Part shown: one piece after another, positions 27,188 through 32,000 of the stretch | Layout: the number at the start of each line of letters is the position of its first letter | How positions within the stretch are numbered: the stretch's first letter is position 1 | DNA from: Gammaproteobacteria bacterium | GTDB lineage: Bacteria > Pseudomonadota > Gammaproteobacteria > Competibacterales > Competibacteraceae | Direction: 5' to 3' | DNA length: 32,000 bases | Assembly (NCBI GenBank): GCA_020846135.1 | Contig: JADLEK010000014.1 | Coordinates: 17,719 to 49,718, forward strand | The notes under the pieces: generated by a model | Seen by the model: only the letters and a program-made list of their open reading frames with translations | Told to the model about the DNA's origin: nothing | Database searches by the model: none | Program-made: the position numbers and the translations under genes

Positions 27188-28570
27188 TCAGGGTTTTCCG
27201 GATGCGGGCTGATTTTTCATCCGCGAAGGATCGAAGAAGCCGGCAGCGCTGATTTCGATAGCGGCAATCGCAAAGTTAAGGTTCTGCCCGACCTTCAGAC
27301 CCATGGTGGCGATGCCGATCACGGTGCCGTCGTGCAAAATTACCGGGCCGCCGCTGTTGCCGGGGCTGATCGGCGCGGAAATCTGGATATAACGCACCCC
27401 GTCGATCTCGCGCAACCCGCTGATCACGCCAGTGGAAAAGGTGCCTTCCAGACCGTAGGGATTGCCGATCACGAACACATCCCGGCCAATCAGATCCTGG
27501 CTGTAGGTGGCGTTGAGGATAAAGCGGTCGGCGCCGTTCAGCGAGGTGGATAATAAGGCCAGATCGGGCGACTTGCCGCGTCGGCGAATTTTGGCGACCG
27601 ATTCGCGCCCGCCGCATTTCACCGCCAGGTTATCGGCCTTGTCGATCACATGATCATTGGTAATCACCAGCCCATCGCTCGAAACCAGCAGGCCACTGCC
27701 CAGATTGTCGGTTTTGCCATTGCGGGTCGTGACGATCAGGCAGGTGATCGGCAGGCTGCGCCGGTAAATGCGTTGCCCCAGATTGTCGTTGCCGGCAGGC
27801 GCGGGCTGGGGAGGGGACGATGCCGGTGGCGGAGTAGCCACGGGTTTGCCCAGACTTGCCCCCGGTTGCAGTGCGTTGGGCAAAGAGTTCACGGCAGGCT
27901 GCGGGGGGGGCGCGGCTGTCGGAACGGGAGGAATACCGGGGTTGGCCAGAGAGGTCGGCGGAGTTTGTGGTTGCACGGCTTGCAGAGCCTGCAATGCGCC
28001 GATTCGGACCGCGTCAGCGGGATCGGTGGTCGCCAGTTGTCGCAGTTGTTCCGTCAGCGTCGCCGGGTCCGGGGCGAACTGGTAGGCGTTGGCGAAGGCC
28101 CCGGCGGCGCGCTGGGTATCGCCAGTCTGACCATAGACCTGACCCAGGGTGAACCAGGTGGCCGACTGGCCGGGTGCCAGCGACAGCGCATAGACCGCCA
28201 GGCGCTCGGCCTCTTTGAGCCGGCGCAGCAGCAGGTAGGTCAGGCTGAGTTGATTGGCGATCTCCGGATCGGCGGGATCGGCGATGAATGCCTGACGGAA
28301 CGCGGCCAGGGCTTCCTTGAACCGGTTGCCAGCCAGATGATCGAGGCCCTGCTGGCGAAACGGTCGGGCCTGGGTGGCATCGCCGGGTTCCGGGCGGCGC
28401 TGGTTGTCCAGTTGCTCGCGGAAGGTCAGTACGCCAGCCTGATCCTTGGTGGCGGCGGCGGCGATCATCTGCTGGACGTAATAGTCAATGGTGTCGTACT
28501 GGCCGGCCCACACCGCCGTTGCGCTCGCCAGCGTCAGCAGTACTGCCGCCAGTGTCCGTCGGAGATTCAT
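27188..28570 (-). CDS. Secreted TPR-domain / trypsin-like (S1, DegP-type without PDZ) serine protease fusion
   Basis: The signal peptide is MNLRRTLAAVLLTLASATAVWA. It is followed by about 180 aa of TPR-like repeats and then a Pro-rich linker of about 70 aa. The protease domain has the His (TNDHV), Asp (SPDLALL) and Ser (GNSGGP) triad. Confidence 0.8.
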   Translation of the reverse strand: MNLRRTLAAVLLTLASATAVWAGQYDTIDYYVQQMIAAAATKDQAGVLTFREQLDNQRRPEPGDATQARPFRQQGLDHLAGNRFKEALAAFRQAFIADPADPEIANQLSLTYLLLRRLKEAERLAVYALSLAPGQSATWFTLGQVYGQTGDTQRAAGAFANAYQFAPDPATLTEQLRQLATTDPADAVRIGALQALQAVQPQTPPTSLANPGIPPVPTAAPPPQPAVNSLPNALQPGASLGKPVATPPPASSPPQPAPAGNDNLGQRIYRRSLPITCLIVTTRNGKTDNLGSGLLVSSDGLVITNDHVIDKADNLAVKCGGRESVAKIRRRGKSPDLALLSTSLNGADRFILNATYSQDLIGRDVFVIGNPYGLEGTFSTGVISGLREIDGVRYIQISAPISPGNSGGPVILHDGTVIGIATMGLKVGQNLNFAIAAIEISAAGFFDPSRMKNQPASGKP

Positions 28571-29277
28571 GGCGCAGTGCGGGGAGCGCGGGAGGAACTG
28601 GCCGGATTGGCCATGGGCGCCATTTCGGAATGGGGGGCCAGGGGCGGCACGATCACGGTCGCTACCGGCAATTGATAAAGCTGCAAGGTGGCCAGCGCCG
28701 CATTGCGCAGGGTATCGGCGGCTTCGTTCTCGGCGATGTTGCGCAAAATTTCCTCGGCCCGCATCGCGTTCTGGGCATAGCGATAGGTGTTAGCCAGTGC
28801 GCCAATCGCCCGTCGGGCGTCGTTTTGCAGACCATAGACCTGGGCCAACTGGAACCAGGCCACCGCCCGCGCCGGCTCCAGGGATAGCGCCTGTTGCAGG
28901 GCGCGTTCGGCCTCCGGCCACTGACCCAGCTTGCGATGGACCAGGCCCAGATGATTGGCGGCTTCGACGTTGCCGGGATCGAGTTGGACTGCCTGCTGAA
29001 AGGCCATCAGTGCGGTCTGTTGATCGTCCTGGCGCAGGGCCGCCAGTCCGCGTTGCAGAGCGGCGCTGGCCGCTGCAGGATCGGACGAAGCCGGGCGCGG
29101 GTTTTGCTCCAGCATCCGCTGCATCGCCACGATGCCGTGTTCATCGTTGGCGGAGGCCAACTCAATCATTTGCTGCACATAGTAGCGGTTGCTTTCCAGA
29201 TTCTGGGCGAACGCCGGGCTGGCGGCTAATAACCACGCCGCCAGCAGCAACACCGGTTTGAGTAGAGTGTTGTTCAT
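28567..29277 (-). CDS. Secreted TPR-repeat protein, paralogue of the N-terminal half of the downstream protease
   Basis: The signal peptide is MNNTLLKPVLLLAAWLLAASPAFA. It is collinear with the protease's TPR region (YYVQQMI..., AERxxxxALSLxP, WFxLxQVYG). Its stop overlaps the protease start (ATGA). Confidence 0.8.
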   Translation of the reverse strand: MNNTLLKPVLLLAAWLLAASPAFAQNLESNRYYVQQMIELASANDEHGIVAMQRMLEQNPRPASSDPAAASAALQRGLAALRQDDQQTALMAFQQAVQLDPGNVEAANHLGLVHRKLGQWPEAERALQQALSLEPARAVAWFQLAQVYGLQNDARRAIGALANTYRYAQNAMRAEEILRNIAENEAADTLRNAALATLQLYQLPVATVIVPPLAPHSEMAPMANPASSSRAPRTAP

Positions 29278-29299
29278 CCCACGCCTGCCTGCCGAAGTC

Positions 29300-29806
29300 T
29301 CACAAATCCTTGATGGCGTCGTACTGCCGTTCCAGACTCAGCCGTTTGGCGTCGGCTTGGGCGGCGGTGAGTTGTCCCCGCTCCAGTTGGGTCTCGAACT
29401 GCTGGATATTGCCGGTCAATTGCTGCTGTTTGCGCCGCAGTTCCGCCGTCTGCCGTTCAGTCATGGCCTTGGAGCTTTTTAACTGATTGATCCGGTTGGC
29501 AAGCGCCCGGTTTCTGGCCTTGAGCGAAGCCAGTTGCCGGCGTTGCGCCGCGACATCATCAGCTTTCATCGCCCGTTGGTCTTCCAGATAGTCACCTTCC
29601 TCGCGCAGGGCGCGCAACTGGTTCAGCGATTCGCCCCGCTGTTCGTCCAGAATTTGCTGGCGGGCGTCGTAGTCGCCGGACGAGAGGCCGCGCACCCCGC
29701 CGAAAAAGCCGCCGGTGTGGGGATCGTTGCTGGGATCGGTCGCACAGCCGGCCAGGATGAGCAGGCTCAGAGCGCCGCCCGATAGAGTTGTCGTAATGGT
29801 TTTCAT
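29300..29806 (-). CDS. Coiled-coil lipoprotein
   Basis: The ATG at 29806 is preceded by GGAGG. It has a lipobox (LLILAGC) followed by about 140 aa of Q/R/E/L-rich heptad-like sequence. Confidence 0.75.
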   Translation of the reverse strand: MKTITTTLSGGALSLLILAGCATDPSNDPHTGGFFGGVRGLSSGDYDARQQILDEQRGESLNQLRALREEGDYLEDQRAMKADDVAAQRRQLASLKARNRALANRINQLKSSKAMTERQTAELRRKQQQLTGNIQQFETQLERGQLTAAQADAKRLSLERQYDAIKDL

Positions 29807-29878
29807 AATGCGGACCTCCGGTTCCCGGACTCCCGCACCCGGCGGGAGGGGGAACAATACGGGATAGCGGGTTCAGAT

Positions 29879-30535
29879 TCAGATCGACATGCCGTCGTAC
29901 ATTTGCTGCAAGCTGGCCACGTTCTGGCTGGATTGCTGACGGGTCTCCTTCAGTTTGACCACATTCGATTCGAGTTGTCGGCTGTATTGGTCCTGCGGAC
30001 CGCGCTGTTGCCGGGTTTCGCTGTACACCTGATTGGTGTCGGCCAACTGCTGTTCAGCCAGTGAATTAACTTTTTTGGCGGTCGCCAATTGTTTTTCCAC
30101 GGTCGCCTTTTGCCGGACCAGCGCATCGCGGCTGATCTTGCCAGCCCGGTATTCCCGCGCCAGTCGCCGTGATTCGCGATCCAGTTGGGCGATGTCCTGA
30201 TAAATCTGCTGGTTCTGGGCGTCGGCTTCGCGAATGAACTCCTGATTACGCTGAATTTCAGCGACCAGGAAATCCTCTTGGCGGGCGTATTGGGCCTTGC
30301 GGTCAGCAACCGAGCTGCCAATGCCAGCGCCAATCAGTCCACCGGCCGCCGCGCCGATCAGGGTGCCCGTGGTATTGCCGCCAATGGCGTAGCCGAGACC
30401 GGCGCCAATTAGCGCGCCGACTCCCGCGCCCTGGGCTACGGTGGTTTGCTGGTCGTTCATACCAGCGCAACCGGACAGCGATGCGGCGATCACAGTGGCG
30501 ATGAGAAGATTTTTTATAGCATAGCGATGGAACAT
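29879..30535 (-). CDS. Glycine-zipper plus coiled-coil lipoprotein
   Basis: From the ATG at 30535. It has a lipobox (AASLSGC) and a glycine-zipper segment (GAGVGALIGAGLGYAIGGNTTGTLIGAAAGGLIGAGIG). A long Q-rich predicted coiled coil follows. Confidence 0.75.
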   Translation of the reverse strand: MFHRYAIKNLLIATVIAASLSGCAGMNDQQTTVAQGAGVGALIGAGLGYAIGGNTTGTLIGAAAGGLIGAGIGSSVADRKAQYARQEDFLVAEIQRNQEFIREADAQNQQIYQDIAQLDRESRRLAREYRAGKISRDALVRQKATVEKQLATAKKVNSLAEQQLADTNQVYSETRQQRGPQDQYSRQLESNVVKLKETRQQSSQNVASLQQMYDGMSI

Positions 30536-30643
30536 AAGCGTCTCCGGGAGGTAATCGAGGATGAAAGGGCTTGAGTCAGGAAAGTTTGGGACGCGCCGGA
30601 CGGGAAAGCAATGCACAGGCGTGACGAAATATGGAACTGACGG

Positions 30644-31477
30644 TTACCGGTGGCACTGGGTGATGAGCAGGGCGATCAGGGTCGTGATGGCCGTCGTCAG
30701 CGAGCCAAAAGCAATCGCCAGAGTCGCGTAGGTTTTGAGCTTTTCGTGCCGGTCCAGTGGTGGCGGAGTGGGTTGACCAGTGCCGTGGGCAGGAGGCGTA
30801 CTGGACGGTGCAATAGGAATCAGCGGAGCAGAGGGTGGTTGTGTGATCGGAACAGGAACCGGCGTTGTGGGCAAGACCCGGCTCGGCGGCAGAGGCAGTG
30901 GAGTTATCGGTCGATTGATGGGACGCGGCTGCGGGCTGGACGGCGTTGCGGGCGGATGTCGGAGGCTGGGCGTTTCATCCAGCACATCTACCCCAAACTG
31001 CCGGCTGAGTTCGGCCAGATTGGCTTTCAGTCCCTCACCTTTGGCCCGCACCTTCCACGCACCGTTATAGCGATACAGTTCGGCTACCAGCAACGAACGA
31101 CTTTCAATCGGCTCGACCAGCCGGAACCGGACCGCATAATCGCCGGCAGTGGGGGCGGCGATAAAGATGGCGTCGGTCATGGCCTGAAACGTGCCGCTGC
31201 TCAGGGTGGCGGTAAAGATGCACTTGCGCACCGCGCCGGGCAGGGCGTCGAGGTTGATCAGGAACGCCGGACGATCCGGATCGATGCGGATCGCGTCACC
31301 GGGGCTGGCCGGCTGGTTGTAGAACACAAACCAGTCGTCAGCTAGAACCCGGTCATGGGCATCGAGCGCGAAGCAGGCGAAATCGAGTTCGCCGGGGATG
31401 TTGTTCCAGAGCAGGCGAATTTGCACCCGGCCGGACGCGGCCAGTGGCGCATTGGCGCCTTTAATCAGTTCTTTCAT
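30644..31477 (-). CDS. TerD-like domain protein with Pro-rich linker and C-terminal TM anchor
   Basis: The N-terminal roughly 165 aa follow the TerD pattern: ELDFACFALDAHDRVLADDWFVFYNQ and ELYRYNGAWKVRAKGEGLKANLAELSRQFGV. A P/T/S-rich region of about 70 aa comes next. The protein ends in the TM helix TYATLAIAFGSLTTAITTLIALLI. The start is either ATG 31477 or GTG 31486. Confidence 0.7.
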   Translation of the reverse strand: MKELIKGANAPLAASGRVQIRLLWNNIPGELDFACFALDAHDRVLADDWFVFYNQPASPGDAIRIDPDRPAFLINLDALPGAVRKCIFTATLSSGTFQAMTDAIFIAAPTAGDYAVRFRLVEPIESRSLLVAELYRYNGAWKVRAKGEGLKANLAELSRQFGVDVLDETPSLRHPPATPSSPQPRPINRPITPLPLPPSRVLPTTPVPVPITQPPSAPLIPIAPSSTPPAHGTGQPTPPPLDRHEKLKTYATLAIAFGSLTTAITTLIALLITQCHR

Positions 31478-31543
31478 GCCGTACACGGAAATCCATCTCA
31501 GGGAATGCGAAATTATACAACGGGACAGGCCACCCCGACGCTG

Positions 31544-32000
31544 TTACGGCCGGCCAGTACTCGACAGCAGCGGAGTTCGAATGCTGACTGCGTTCCAGTC
31601 AGCGGGCGGACGCTGTTGCAACGCCCCGCGCAGCCGGTTTACCAGTTGTGGGCCGCTCAGGTTCAGCTCGGCGACCGGGGTGCGCGGTTTCTTCACGTGC
31701 TTGAGGTCGGCCCGGCCCAGCAGATTTAACGGTTGGCGGGTTGCTGCCAGAATGAAGGTTTCAGCGCCGGGCGGCGGATCGGGCGCATAGCGGAGTTTTT
31801 TGCCGCCGGCGGGCGGGAACGTGACCGGTTCGTTGGCGCGCACCGGATAATTGGTGAGCAACTGGCCAGTCTGACCGGATGAATGGATGAAATACAGATT
31901 CAGATAGCCGGGCGCGGCAGTTTGAAAATCCAGTCGGACCGGTGCGCCGATATGTAATACCGGCTGTTCGCAGCGCAGCATCACCGTAAATTTAGCCTTG
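31544..32000 (-). CDS. DUF4384-domain protein, C-terminal part only (5' end outside window)
   Basis: The frame stays open upstream of the track's GTG start (...KAKFTVMLRCEQP) to the window edge. LHIGAPVRLDFQTAAPGYLNLYFIHSSGQTGQLLTNYP...PPGAETFILAAT matches the DUF4384 pattern. Confidence 0.65.
   Translation of the reverse strand, partial: KAKFTVMLRCEQPVLHIGAPVRLDFQTAAPGYLNLYFIHSSGQTGQLLTNYPVRANEPVTFPPAGGKKLRYAPDPPPGAETFILAATRQPLNLLGRADLKHVKKPRTPVAELNLSGPQLVNRLRGALQQRPPADWNAVSIRTPLLSSTGRP

Noticed and set aside
27650-28675. 341-aa + strand ORF, and other + strand ORFs across 26.1-31.8 kb.
   Set aside because: They are antisense shadows of the protease, TPR, xseA and TerD-like genes, with R/G/A-rich composition and no start context.

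Overview
This is a GC-rich (roughly 60%) proteobacterial chromosomal window that is almost entirely coding. All product calls come from reading motifs and domain architecture in the translations; no database search was possible.

Layout:
- 1-4.9 kb: a partial LplT-like MFS transporter, a DUF218/YdcF-like protein and a dctPQM TRAP transporter.
- 5.06-13.6 kb: an 8.5-kb block of eight glycan-modification genes, all on the minus strand. It contains two GT2 enzymes, two GT-C-like polytopic membrane proteins, an ArnE/F-like small flippase, a TIM-barrel isomerase, an SDR and an FAD oxidoreductase. The block is bracketed by a perfect 37-bp direct repeat that duplicates the 3' end of yadH. It contains two cassettes of about 33% GC. 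One of the GT-C-like genes changes frame exactly at a (CCAGT)x4 pentanucleotide tract, which makes it a candidate phase-variable gene.
- 13.6-17.0 kb: the yadG/yadH ABC-2 operon is split by a low-GC insert. The insert carries a PIN toxin, an antitoxin gene interrupted by an in-frame TAA, and a complete IS1595-family element with 28-bp inverted repeats and an 8-bp target duplication.
- 17-25 kb: apbE, two tandem class III CoA-transferase paralogues, frmA, frmB, a membrane-anchored SNase-like nuclease and lpdA.
- 25.2-32 kb: one tightly packed minus-strand array. In transcription order it encodes a DUF4384 protein (5' end outside the window), a tail-anchored degenerate TerD-like protein, two coiled-coil lipoproteins, a secreted TPR protein, a paralogous TPR-trypsin-like protease fusion, xseA, and two tandem PilZ proteins.

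The two best candidates for an undescribed system are the repeat-bracketed mosaic glycan island with its pentanucleotide switch, and the TerD/DUF4384/lipoprotein/TPR-protease envelope cluster. I saw no rRNA, tRNA or CRISPR array.
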